Assembly (NCBI GenBank): GCA_033763315.1
Contig: JANRKS010000031.1
Span: forward strand, 160,001 to 224,000
From: Deltaproteobacteria bacterium
Lineage (GTDB): Bacteria; Myxococcota_A; Polyangia; Fen-1088
DNA: 64,000 bases
Direction: 5' to 3'
Shown: positions 17,309 to 26,601 of the stretch, in pieces
Layout of the letters: each line of letters starts with the position of its first letter
Numbering within the stretch: the stretch's first letter is position 1
Position numbers and translations under genes: made by a program
The notes under the pieces: generated by a model
The model's input: only the letters and a program-made list of their open reading frames with translations
Told to the model about the DNA's origin: nothing
Database searches by the model: none

Positions 17309-19264
17309 ATGTCGAACAGCGTTTTGGTCGTTAACGCGGACGGCCCCGAAATCCGCGTAGCCCTTATTGAAGATGGTTTGCTTGGCGAATTGTTCGTCGA
17401 GCGCAAACGCGATCGTGGGATCGCGGGAAACATCTATAAAGGGAAGGTTGAGCGGATCCTGCCAGGCATGCAGGCCGCCTTTGTTAACATCGGCTTGGAG
17501 AAGTCGGCTTACCTGCACGTCTCGGACGTGCGCGGCACGCCAGACGATCTGCGCCGCCTGCTTTCCGGGGACAGCGGTCCCCGGGACAGCGCCGAAGCCA
17601 ACGGCGATGACGCGGGCGACGAGCCTAACGAAAAAGGCGGCGGCGATCGTCGCGGTGGCGTGCCGGGCAACGGGCAAGGCCGACGCATCGAAGAGCTGCT
17701 CAAGCCTGGCCAAGAGATCATCGTTCAGGTGACGAAGGAGCCCATCAGCACCAAGGGGGCCCGTGTCACGCGGTACATCTCGCTGCCTGGGCGTCACCTC
17801 GTCTTCATGCCCACTGTCGACCACGTGGGTATCTCGCGCCGGATCAATTCGGATCGAGAACGTCGGCGCCTGCGGCGTTTGGTCAACGAGATGCGTCCGC
17901 AGGGGTCGGGCTTCATCGTGCGCACCGTGGCTTCGGGCGTTGCAGATAAGGATCTGCGCGCCGACATGGCCTTCCTCATCAAGATGTGGAATGAGGTCGT
18001 CAAGAAGACCGAGACCAGCCGTTGCCCGTCATTGATATATAGCGACTTGGATCTGCTGCTGCGCTCGGTGCGTGACTTATTCACGGCTGACGTTGAGAAG
18101 ATGATCATCGACTCCAAGAGCGAGTATGAACGCGTGAAGAAATTCATCGCGGCTTTCATGCCCGACTTCCCTGGGGAGATTGAGTTTTACAACAGCAACG
18201 AGCCCATCTTCGACGGCTTGGGCATCGAGATGGAGATCGACAAGGCGCTTGAGCGCAAGGTCTGGTTGAAATCCGGTGGCTACCTCATCATCGACGAGAT
18301 GGAGGCTTTGACCGCCGTCGACGTCAATACGGGTCGCTTCGTGGGCAAAAAAAGCCTGGAAGATACGATCACGCAAACAAACCTGGAGGCCGCCCGCGAG
18401 GTGGCGGATCAGCTCCGTGTACGTTCCTTGGGCGGCATGATTGTTGTCGATTTTATCGACATGGATCGCGCGTCCAACCGCGAAAAAGTGATGCGGGTGT
18501 TCAACGACGCCCTCAAGCGTGACCGCAACCGCGCGCAAGTCACCCGCATTTCCGAACTTGGTTTGGTGGAGATGTCCCGCAAGCGTACGCGCGAATCCCT
18601 GCTGCACACCCTTACGGAGCAGTGTTTGCACTGCGAAGGCAAAGGCTTCACGCGGTCGCGCCAAACGGTTTCGTTCGAGGTGCTGCGCGAGCTGCGCCGC
18701 CAAGGCAACTTGGTTGATGGGCACACCATCTTGGTGGAAGTGCACCCCGACGTGGCCAAGCAACTGACCACCGTGGATCGCGATTTCCTGGAAGACATCG
18801 AGAAGCGCTTACAAAAGCAGATCTTGGTGAAGACCCGTGGCTCGTTCCACATGGAAGAGTTTGAGATTCGCTCGCCCAAGGACAAGCAGAAGATCGAGCG
18901 CTCTGAGGTCGCTACCAGCTCCGACAAATTGGAAGAGCGTAAACGTCGTCGGTTCCGCCGCGTTCTATCGCCTGATGAGCTTGCAAACCTCGACAACGAC
19001 GAAGGCGTTGTGAATGCCGAATTCATGACGGACGACGCCGACGACGAAGCGAAGCCCTCCTACGATCACGCGGGCCGCGAGGTGCAGCACGAACTCGACG
19101 AGATGGATCTCGCTTACGCCGCGGCTTCGCAAGAGGATGACGAAGCCACAGGTACGTCCGATGAGCCGGGGACGACCACGGATCCTGACGCTGAGCTGCC
19201 ACACGCACACAGCGCCGCCTTGATCTCACAGGTTGATTCCGAAGTCCCCGACACGGATGACTGA
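17309..19264 (+). CDS. Rne/Rng family ribonuclease (RNase G/E)
   Basis: GNIYKGKVERILPGMQAAFV, QVTKEPISTKGARVT, DVNTG, DFIDM and CxxC Zn link. Acidic C-terminal tail. Confidence 0.95.
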   Translation: MSNSVLVVNADGPEIRVALIEDGLLGELFVERKRDRGIAGNIYKGKVERILPGMQAAFVNIGLEKSAYLHVSDVRGTPDDLRRLLSGDSGPRDSAEANGDDAGDEPNEKGGGDRRGGVPGNGQGRRIEELLKPGQEIIVQVTKEPISTKGARVTRYISLPGRHLVFMPTVDHVGISRRINSDRERRRLRRLVNEMRPQGSGFIVRTVASGVADKDLRADMAFLIKMWNEVVKKTETSRCPSLIYSDLDLLLRSVRDLFTADVEKMIIDSKSEYERVKKFIAAFMPDFPGEIEFYNSNEPIFDGLGIEMEIDKALERKVWLKSGGYLIIDEMEALTAVDVNTGRFVGKKSLEDTITQTNLEAAREVADQLRVRSLGGMIVVDFIDMDRASNREKVMRVFNDALKRDRNRAQVTRISELGLVEMSRKRTRESLLHTLTEQCLHCEGKGFTRSRQTVSFEVLRELRRQGNLVDGHTILVEVHPDVAKQLTTVDRDFLEDIEKRLQKQILVKTRGSFHMEEFEIRSPKDKQKIERSEVATSSDKLEERKRRRFRRVLSPDELANLDNDEGVVNAEFMTDDADDEAKPSYDHAGREVQHELDEMDLAYAAASQEDDEATGTSDEPGTTTDPDAELPHAHSAALISQVDSEVPDTDD

Positions 19265-19274
19265 GACGGCTGCC

Positions 19275-20561
19275 TCAACCCGCCTGCCGATGGTGTAGGC
19301 GGGGCTCGGGCTCGATCGTTTCTCGAGCGCGTAGCAACGACCTTAGCTTTTGTACCGGTTTCTCCACCGCAATGTAGAGCAACGCCGCAAACGCGATGGT
19401 GATGAGCAAGAAGATGGACGAGCCAAGGAAGAAGCTGGTCACGGATGGAGCTCGAGGAACCGCAAAGAAGATCACCTTCCCAACATCAATGGCAGGAAAG
19501 TGTACGAGGTACATTGAGTAGGAAATCCTTCCGACCCATACCATTGGCTTCGCTTCCAACGCTTTAACGAGTGGCGAATGGCCATTGTTCGCCACTTCGA
19601 TCACCAACGTTGTGAAGCCCAACGCCAGCGCAGACAGGCCAAGGGAATCACCCAGGGCTGTTCCGGGTGGCAACACTGACAAATGACCTGTGATGGAGAG
19701 GATTACCACTGTCGTGAGCGCAGCCGCTCCCAACCACCGCACGATGGCCATGTGTCGTGAGAGCCAGCCAAATGCCAGGGCGGCAACGGCACCCCACAAG
19801 ATGGAGTCGAGGCGATAATGAGAGACGGCATGGACAGTCGTTGTGACCTCCCAATGCCGATGAAGCACAATGAAACGCAGCAGCGGCAGCAACAAACACA
19901 CCGCTAGGCCCAAGACCAGGCGGCTCCTTTGGCGCTTGATGAAGAAGAGCGCGAGAGGCCACAAGAGGTAGAAGTGCTCCTCGACGCACAGCGACCAGAA
20001 CACCAGATACGCGTCCCCCGGATTATAGACGCGCGTGGAAAAAGACCCTTGAAGATAGGCGGCAAAGTAGTTGCCCCAGAACGTGCCATAAGGGATGACC
20101 CCCAAGGCAGACTTACGTTGCCATAGGTGCTCGGCGCGAATGCTCGTGAACACTTCAAAGCGCGACCCTACGTAAGTGATGAGGAAAAAGGCCGCAAAGA
20201 AAACGGGAAGGATACGCAGCGAGCGTCGTTCATAAAATCTAACGAGGGAAAACGTCGGGCGCTGGCCGCTTTGAACGTGCCTAACTTCCTCCCTCAGCAA
20301 AAGCGTTGTGATCAAAAAGCCCGATAGCGCAAAGAAAAGATCCACGCCGGCCCACGAGGAAGCGATCAACCATCGAAGTGGCCCGAAGGCCTCAAGCGGG
20401 AAGCGTGTAACAACGGCTCCATGCCATACGACGACGGCTATGATCGCCAGCGCCCGGAGGCCATCCAGCCCCGGAATTCGTCCGTCCGAGGTCGTGGCTG
20501 CACCTGTGGTTGGGCTAGCGTTCACCGACGTGATGATACATTCATCGGTACGCCGTGCCAA
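19275..20561 (-). CDS. Acyltransferase family 3 (OafA-like) membrane protein
   Basis: LDGLRALAI, GVDLFFALSGFLIT, FYERRSLRILP, WSLCVEEHFY and GRISYSMYLVH motifs. Confidence 0.92.
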   Translation of the reverse strand: MARRTDECIITSVNASPTTGAATTSDGRIPGLDGLRALAIIAVVVWHGAVVTRFPLEAFGPLRWLIASSWAGVDLFFALSGFLITTLLLREEVRHVQSGQRPTFSLVRFYERRSLRILPVFFAAFFLITYVGSRFEVFTSIRAEHLWQRKSALGVIPYGTFWGNYFAAYLQGSFSTRVYNPGDAYLVFWSLCVEEHFYLLWPLALFFIKRQRSRLVLGLAVCLLLPLLRFIVLHRHWEVTTTVHAVSHYRLDSILWGAVAALAFGWLSRHMAIVRWLGAAALTTVVILSITGHLSVLPPGTALGDSLGLSALALGFTTLVIEVANNGHSPLVKALEAKPMVWVGRISYSMYLVHFPAIDVGKVIFFAVPRAPSVTSFFLGSSIFLLITIAFAALLYIAVEKPVQKLRSLLRARETIEPEPRLHHRQAG

Positions 20562-20630
20562 TTTCGTGTGGTGCGGATGCCCGAAACCTTACGTGGGGGA
20601 GGGCATCAAACCTGTTAAGAGGTGAAGCGG

Positions 20631-20915
20631 ATGCTTGCCGATGTGCAGATGTATAAGACGAGCTATTGCCCCTACTGCGTGCGCGCGGCGGCGCTTTTGA
20701 AGCGCAAGGGTGTGGCTTACAAAGAGATTGATGTGTCCAACGATGATTCCACGCGAGCCTGGCTTGTCGAAGCCACTGGTCAACGGACGGTGCCGCAAAT
20801 CTTCATCAATGGCCGCTCCGTGGGCGGGTGCGACGAGCTTCACGCGCTTGAGCGAGCGGGCCGCCTGGACGCTTTATTGGCTGAGCCACCTGCCGCGGTT
20901 GAGGTTGCAAGATGA
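20631..20915 (+). CDS. grxC: Glutaredoxin 3
   Basis: CPYC active site, TVPQIFI and GGCDEL. Confidence 0.93.
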   Translation: MLADVQMYKTSYCPYCVRAAALLKRKGVAYKEIDVSNDDSTRAWLVEATGQRTVPQIFINGRSVGGCDELHALERAGRLDALLAEPPAAVEVAR

Positions 20916-21943
20916 GTCGATCGCCTATTCGCCGTGTTAAGCCGTTGGGGTTCCCGTGGGAGACGCCCGATCCGTTCTTGTTCTGTGTGCATCACGACGA
21001 TCGTTATCCTGCGGGCAACGAATTGATGGGTCCTGCGGTGTCATTGGCAGGGCGCAACTTGGGCCAGGATTTCGAGGTCAAAGACGGCTTTCGCATGTAC
21101 CACGGTCGCGTGGTGCCTGGGTTCCCTCAACATCCACACAGAGGCTTTGAGACTGTCACCGTCGTTCGGCGGGGATTGATCGATCACTCGGATTCGATGG
21201 GGGCGGCGGCTCGTTATGGTGGCGGCGATGTGCAATGGCTAACGGCAGGGCAGGGCATCCAACACGCTGAGATGTTCCCCTTGCTCGATCGTGAGCGCGG
21301 CAATCACCTTGAGCTGTTCCAGATTTGGTTGAACCTGCCTAAGGCCGACAAAATGGCCGATCCTCACTTCACGATGTTCTGGAACCACGAGGTGCCGCGC
21401 GCGGTGCCAACACACAGCGAAGGCGTTGAAGTGACCCTTGTGGCGGGCAAGTTGGAGAATCATGGGCCGCCCGCGCCGCCTCCCAAATCATGGGCCTCCC
21501 GCCCTGATGCTGATGTTGCGATTTGGATCGTGCGTTTGGCGCCCGGTGCGAAGTGGACCATGCCCGCCGCCGCGACGGGGTCGAACCGCATCCTTTACTT
21601 CTTCGCGGGCCACGGATTGCGTGTCGCTGGCCAGGTGATTCCCGATCAGCATCTCGTTGATGTTCATGCCGACGCGGCGTTGGCGTTGGAGGCAGGGCCA
21701 TCTGTTACCGAGCTGCTCGTTTTGCAAGGACGGCCGATCGCTGAGCCCGTGGCGCAATACGGTCCTTTTGTTATGAACACGCGCGCGGAGATCCAACAGG
21801 CATTCGCCGATTACCAACGGACGCAGTTTGGTGGCTGGCCGTGGCCGAGCGAAGCGCCTGTGCACGGCAGGGAAGAAGGCCGGTTCGCTCGCCATGCAAA
21901 TGGCCGCATCGAACGCCCTGCGCTTAAAACGAAGCGCGGTTGA
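20912..21943 (+). CDS. Pirin family protein
   Basis: GFPQHPHRGFETVT, QWLTAGQGIQHAE and GPFVMNT motifs. ATGA overlap with grxC. Confidence 0.94.
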   Translation: MSRSPIRRVKPLGFPWETPDPFLFCVHHDDRYPAGNELMGPAVSLAGRNLGQDFEVKDGFRMYHGRVVPGFPQHPHRGFETVTVVRRGLIDHSDSMGAAARYGGGDVQWLTAGQGIQHAEMFPLLDRERGNHLELFQIWLNLPKADKMADPHFTMFWNHEVPRAVPTHSEGVEVTLVAGKLENHGPPAPPPKSWASRPDADVAIWIVRLAPGAKWTMPAAATGSNRILYFFAGHGLRVAGQVIPDQHLVDVHADAALALEAGPSVTELLVLQGRPIAEPVAQYGPFVMNTRAEIQQAFADYQRTQFGGWPWPSEAPVHGREEGRFARHANGRIERPALKTKRG

Positions 21944-22027
21944 CCAACGCCCCCCGCTCGGCATCCCGCGACGGTTGTGCTTCTTTATCGAGGCCGTTGT
22001 GTTTACACTCTGGTGGTTCGTCGTCTC

Positions 22028-22366
22028 ATGACCGAGGGGCCCAACGTGCGGGAACGTCGAGTTGACATCAATGTTGAGTTCGATTCGCTCAGCAAATTGC
22101 TGTCGGAGTATTTGACCAATCTGTCCCGCACAGGGGCATTCATTCAAACGCGTGAGCCATGGCCTGTGGGTACGAGGCTGCGTTTACGGTTTACCGTGTT
22201 GGCCGATGACCCCGAAATCTTAGAAGGTTCGGCGGAAGTGGTGCGTGTGTCGGAGACGCCGCCCGGCATGGGTGTGGCGTTCCTTGAGCTAACCGAATCT
22301 TCCAAGGCTTTAATTGATAAGATTCTGAAGCGCCGGCCGGCGAAACGAAACCGCACGCAACCTTGA
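22028..22366 (+). CDS. Stand-alone PilZ-type (TIGR02266-like) protein
   Basis: TNLSRTGAFI...PVGTRLRLRF...AEVVRV...PGMGVAF. Confidence 0.85.
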   Translation: MTEGPNVRERRVDINVEFDSLSKLLSEYLTNLSRTGAFIQTREPWPVGTRLRLRFTVLADDPEILEGSAEVVRVSETPPGMGVAFLELTESSKALIDKILKRRPAKRNRTQP

Positions 22367-22387
22367 TCGCTCCCCAGCGAACGCACG

Positions 22388-23053
22388 TCAGGGGCCGAGG
22401 CCAATCCACTCCGAGCCGTCGACGCCGATCTCCTTCTTCCAAATCGGCGCCCGCTCCTTCAGCCGATCGATGCAGGCCCGGCAGGCGGCGAACGCTTCCG
22501 CTCGATGAGGTGCCGACACGGCGATGATCACGGCCAGATCTCCCACGTTCAGGTGGCCTCGGCGGTGGTGCATCGCCACGCGCGTGCCCGGCCATTGCGC
22601 CTCCACTTCGTCAGCCAGCGCAGAGAGCACCTGCAGCGCCATGGGCACGAACGCCTCGTATTCAAGCCGCACCACTTGGGCTTGCTGCCCGTGATCGCGC
22701 ACAACGCCCGTGAACGTCACGAGGCCTCCTTGCGAGGGCGCCATCACTTGTGACACCACGGCGTCGAGCGAAAGCGGGGTGTCGAGCATCGCGACGCGGG
22801 CCAGGCCGGACCCGCCAGCCACGGGGGGCAACAATGCCACTTCGTCCCCATCATGAAGGGGCGTGCTGTGGGGTACAACCGACCGATTTACCGCCACGCT
22901 CAGCTTTGGCAGCAGGGGTGCCAACACAAAATGCAAGTCTGAAAGGCGCCTCAGCAGGGTCGAAACAGTGGCGTCTGCGGGTAGGGAAATGTGCTCTTCG
23001 TCGAGGCCGAGACGCTCACGAACCACAGCAAAATAGAGTAGTTGCACCTTCAC
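22388..23053 (-). CDS. moaE: Fused molybdopterin synthase MoaD-MoaE
   Basis: LYFAVVRE...DEVALLPPVAGG (MoaD) fused to FTGVVRD...HRAEAFAAC...PIWKKE (MoaE). GTG start inferred. Confidence 0.92.
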   Translation of the reverse strand: MKVQLLYFAVVRERLGLDEEHISLPADATVSTLLRRLSDLHFVLAPLLPKLSVAVNRSVVPHSTPLHDGDEVALLPPVAGGSGLARVAMLDTPLSLDAVVSQVMAPSQGGLVTFTGVVRDHGQQAQVVRLEYEAFVPMALQVLSALADEVEAQWPGTRVAMHHRRGHLNVGDLAVIIAVSAPHRAEAFAACRACIDRLKERAPIWKKEIGVDGSEWIGLGP

Positions 23054-23300
23054 GAGCTGTTTTCTAGCAGAGCGCTGGGGAGCGTGGATTTTTGTCAAAA
23101 AGGATATCCACAGGAAAAAACTAGTAATCCCAGTGTGATAGAAATTTTGCGTTGGCTAAACACTGTCACTAGTATCCATTTTCGTCGCTGCGTCACCTAC
23201 ATAGCGCACACAAAACTACAGCAGACGAAATGTGAGGCACCATTTGAGCCCCAACACCCATCGCCCTGACGACCCGGCTTCCATAAGGGATACTAGTCTG

Positions 23301-24143
23301 GTGAGCCAACGCGTAAGCCCCTCCGCCGCGGGCCCGGGTGGCCGCCGGCGGGCGGTTGCCAGCCACGCCTCTGCGGCCGCGGACGACGCCAGCCGGTTGC
23401 GTCGCCCCGCACAGCGCGCCCCTGCACGGCAAGTGCGTGTGGCGGCGGAAGCTCCGCGCGTGCCCGAGGAGGTCAAGCTTGAGCAGCAGGTGGCCAGCCA
23501 CATGCCGCCTGGCAAAGATCTCGAGCTTAAGCTCACGGACAACCGCTATACGATGATCACGGTTCGTCGCCAAGCCGATGGCTACGGCGTGCGCGTCCAT
23601 CGCATGTTTGCGGCGTCCGATAGCCGCACCGTGCGGCACTTGGCCCGGTACATCGTTCACAACGATCCTCGCGCTTCGGCCGCCTTGGGCGATTTTATTC
23701 GCGACAACGACGACATCATCAAAGATCAACCCCGGCAACGCCGCCCTTTGCGGGTGCGTACGCAAGGGAAGATCCACAATCTGCAAAGCATCTTCGACAC
23801 GCTCAATCGCAACCATTTTGCGGGCGCCATCAAAGCCAGGATTACGTGGGGCTCGGCACCGAAGCGGCTGGGTCGACGCCGCTCCATCAAGATGGGCAGC
23901 TATTCTGTTGAAGACCGCGTGATCCGCATCCACCCAGCGCTTGATCGCGCCGATGTGCCCGAATACTTCGTGGCTTGGATCGTGTTTCACGAGATGCTGC
24001 ACGATAAGCACGGCGCCGTTGAGAAAGACGGCCGCCGCTGTTACCACACGAAGGCGTTCATGGACGAAGAGCGATCCTTTGTGGATTACGAACGCGCCGC
24101 CGCCTGGGAGAAAGCGCACATTCAGAGCTTGCTCGTCGGCTGA
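23301..24143 (+). CDS. SprT/YgjP-like zinc metallopeptidase
   Basis: FDTLNRNHF, MGSY, IRIHPALD, HEMLH zinc motif, then HTKAF. Start uncertain. Confidence 0.8.
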   Translation: MSQRVSPSAAGPGGRRRAVASHASAAADDASRLRRPAQRAPARQVRVAAEAPRVPEEVKLEQQVASHMPPGKDLELKLTDNRYTMITVRRQADGYGVRVHRMFAASDSRTVRHLARYIVHNDPRASAALGDFIRDNDDIIKDQPRQRRPLRVRTQGKIHNLQSIFDTLNRNHFAGAIKARITWGSAPKRLGRRRSIKMGSYSVEDRVIRIHPALDRADVPEYFVAWIVFHEMLHDKHGAVEKDGRRCYHTKAFMDEERSFVDYERAAAWEKAHIQSLLVG

Positions 24144-24285
24144 GGTCCTTGTGGGGGCGTTGCCAAATTGGCAGGCGTCCGCAAAACGCCGGGTCCAAAT
24201 GGCAGCCTACCGCACCGTTGTTGGCCAGCGCCCTTGTGATTTCAACGCGTTATACGAATTCGACGCTTGGAACACGGGATGCTAG

Positions 24286-24807
24286 GTGCAGGGCGTGATG
24301 GGTCGCCTATTCCACCGCCTGTTGATCTGTTCTTTGCCAGTCGCGGCTTTGTGCCTTGCTGCCACATTTGGCTCCGTGGGGTGTGCCCACGAGTCGAACT
24401 TGCCTGGCACCACCGTGCCCGATACGCCTGCCAACCGCGCCATCTTGGAGACGGTTGAGACTTACCGCACGCGCTTGGTTGAGCGGAATGTCTCGGGCCT
24501 TTTGCTGCTGGCATCAAAGAACTATTTCGAGGATTCCGGCACGCCTCAGGCCGACGACGATTATGGCTATGAAGGTTTGCGACACATTCTGGCCCACCGC
24601 TTGGGGCGCCTGAAAAGCCTCCGCTATCAGATCCGGTACAAGGCTGTGAAGGTTCAGGGCAAGAAGGCGCACGTCGAGGTCTTAATCGATGGGTCCTTCG
24701 AGTTGACGGCTGAAGTGGGCGATCAGTACCGCCGCGTGAGCGACTTTCACGAGTTCGTGATGGAAGAGGCGGGCGACGGCAAGTGGAAGTTCGTCAGCGG
24801 TATGTAG
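24286..24807 (+). CDS. Lipoprotein with NTF2/SnoaL-like fold
   Basis: SVGC lipobox, LLLLASKNYFED, and C-terminal WKFVSGM. Start may be ATG 24298. Confidence 0.75.
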   Translation: MQGVMGRLFHRLLICSLPVAALCLAATFGSVGCAHESNLPGTTVPDTPANRAILETVETYRTRLVERNVSGLLLLASKNYFEDSGTPQADDDYGYEGLRHILAHRLGRLKSLRYQIRYKAVKVQGKKAHVEVLIDGSFELTAEVGDQYRRVSDFHEFVMEEAGDGKWKFVSGM

Positions 24808-24835
24808 CCCCCGGTTGTGCGCTAAAGTGCAGCGC

Positions 24836-25465
24836 ATGAAGGGCGCACGGCTCGCTTTCGTGTTGGTATTTGCGGCGTTTTTAGGCAGCGTCGGGTGTGC
24901 AGGGCAAAAGCAGGTCCTGACGCCGCAATACACGCTGCGGGTGCCGGGCTTCTGGGACGTCAAAGCCACCGCCGTGAAGTATGGCGAGCCCACCAAGGTG
25001 GTGATAGGCCAGTACGGCGACGCCGTGATCAACGACGGCAGCGGCGCGGGCAGTGCCTACGACAGCGTGACCGCCGACGTGCACGTATGGATTTATGTGT
25101 GGCCCACGCAAGCCTCGCCGCAAGAGCCATTGGAGGAGATCCTTGTGCGCCTATCACAGGTGCCCGAGTTCGCGCTTCCGGCGCATCGCCGGGTCCCCGA
25201 GCAACCGATGGAATGCGGCCTTTTTCCAAAGGCCGCGCGGCTCGGCGGAAAAACGCTTCCGGCGTTGGATCTTGTGAAACGCCCGGGGTGGCGAACGATC
25301 GTGTTGGGGGGCGTGTTCGATGTTGGTCTGGTGGGGGTGTTGGCTCGCGTGGATTTCGAGCAGGACGCCGGGCGGTATTGCCACAACGTGCGCAACATGC
25401 GCACCCAGCTGCAGAACCTGTTGGATGGCTTGCAGCTTGGGCCGGACAAGCCGGCGCCGCCTTAG
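24836..25465 (+). CDS. Hypothetical lipoprotein
   Basis: MKGARLAFVLVFAAFLGSVGC lipoprotein signal. Lies within a same-strand run of genes. Confidence 0.72.
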   Translation: MKGARLAFVLVFAAFLGSVGCAGQKQVLTPQYTLRVPGFWDVKATAVKYGEPTKVVIGQYGDAVINDGSGAGSAYDSVTADVHVWIYVWPTQASPQEPLEEILVRLSQVPEFALPAHRRVPEQPMECGLFPKAARLGGKTLPALDLVKRPGWRTIVLGGVFDVGLVGVLARVDFEQDAGRYCHNVRNMRTQLQNLLDGLQLGPDKPAPP

Positions 25466-25521
25466 TTGCCTTCACGTTCCAATCTTTTCAAGCGGGGGCG
25501 TTTCGCGGTAGGAATCTCTTC

Positions 25522-26601
25522 ATGAAGTTTTGGCGAGGATTTTGGGTGGTGGCTGCGGCGGCAGCGGTGACGGCACACATCGCGCGCGCGGATGAGCCTG
25601 CCCCTTCTGCGGAAACGGAAACCGCCAAGCCGGGTGCAAGTGCGTGGACCGCCACCGCCAGCCGCAAAAATGGCGGCGCGGGCACATTCGAGGCGCTGGC
25701 GGCGCAGGCCATGCCAGCGGTTGATCTCGGAACGTTAATCGCACCGTTTGTTGAGGACTGTGAGCACGCGCGGCGAGAGATCGACAAAGCCCGGTGCCGC
25801 GGCACCGTGTCGTTTCTACGGCAAACCATGCCGGCTCACACCTATGCGGCGATCGTGTCGGACGCGGACGCCGTGACCGTTTCGGATTACGACGCGCGGG
25901 TCAAAGGCTTTCGGGTGGGTGCCGTGGGCTGTTTGGCGTGCAAGCAACCGGTGAGCGCCGGCAAGGGCGAGGTCAAGCGTATGGTCACGCTGCGTATGCC
26001 CGACAAGAACGCGCGCACGCTGCCCAGCGCTTTGCAGGTGGCCGAGGCGTCACTGACATTCGCCGATGTGGCGGCTTCCAAAGCGTGGCTTGCTGAGGTG
26101 AGGCCAAACTTGCGCGTTCAATACATTTTCGAGCCGACGCCCACGCCGTGGACGTACGGGCCAAGCCGTGGCTTTGCGTTCAACTTGTTGGGCGCGCGTA
26201 TCTTCAACCACTGCACAGGGGAAGTGCTTTATTCGCAACCCAAGTCAGAAGGGATGGCTGACAAATACAGCGAAGGCGATGAGTGCGACGGCAACGCCAG
26301 CGGAGCGAACGGTGAAGCCGCACAAACAAAGTTAGCCGCCACCGACATCGCGCGCGGCATGCAAGCGATCAAACCCGAGCTCGATCGCTGTCACAAACAA
26401 TTTCAGCTGCGTGGGCGGGCCGATCTGGAATTTGTGATTACGGGTGCCACGGGGCTGCCGCGATCGGTGGTTGTCAAAGGCAGCTTGGGGGGCACAACTT
26501 TGGGGCAGTGTTTGACCGACGCCGCTCGCAAAGCGCAGTTCCCTCGCTTTTCGCAAGACAGCCAGTCGTTTAGCTATCCTGTTCTGTTTGAGACGCGCTA
26601 G
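25522..26601 (+). CDS. Secreted Cys-containing protein (DUF6066-like) with AgmX/PglI-like C-terminal domain
   Basis: Signal peptide ending AHIARA, several Cys pairs, and C-terminal LDRC...LGQCL...AQFP...FSYPVLF. The DUF assignment is from memory and tentative. Confidence 0.7.
   Translation: MKFWRGFWVVAAAAAVTAHIARADEPAPSAETETAKPGASAWTATASRKNGGAGTFEALAAQAMPAVDLGTLIAPFVEDCEHARREIDKARCRGTVSFLRQTMPAHTYAAIVSDADAVTVSDYDARVKGFRVGAVGCLACKQPVSAGKGEVKRMVTLRMPDKNARTLPSALQVAEASLTFADVAASKAWLAEVRPNLRVQYIFEPTPTPWTYGPSRGFAFNLLGARIFNHCTGEVLYSQPKSEGMADKYSEGDECDGNASGANGEAAQTKLAATDIARGMQAIKPELDRCHKQFQLRGRADLEFVITGATGLPRSVVVKGSLGGTTLGQCLTDAARKAQFPRFSQDSQSFSYPVLFETR

Noticed and set aside
22388-23053. MoaD-MoaE fusion as a novelty
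   Set aside because: Such fusions (MoaX-type) are already known in several phyla.
23054-23300. Replication origin
   Set aside because: Only one near-consensus DnaA box, and no dnaA/dnaN/gidA context.
24895-25521. N-terminal 209 aa of the 568-aa ORF
   Set aside because: Overlaps the 24836-25465 lipoprotein in another frame. The signal peptide begins at ATG 25522.
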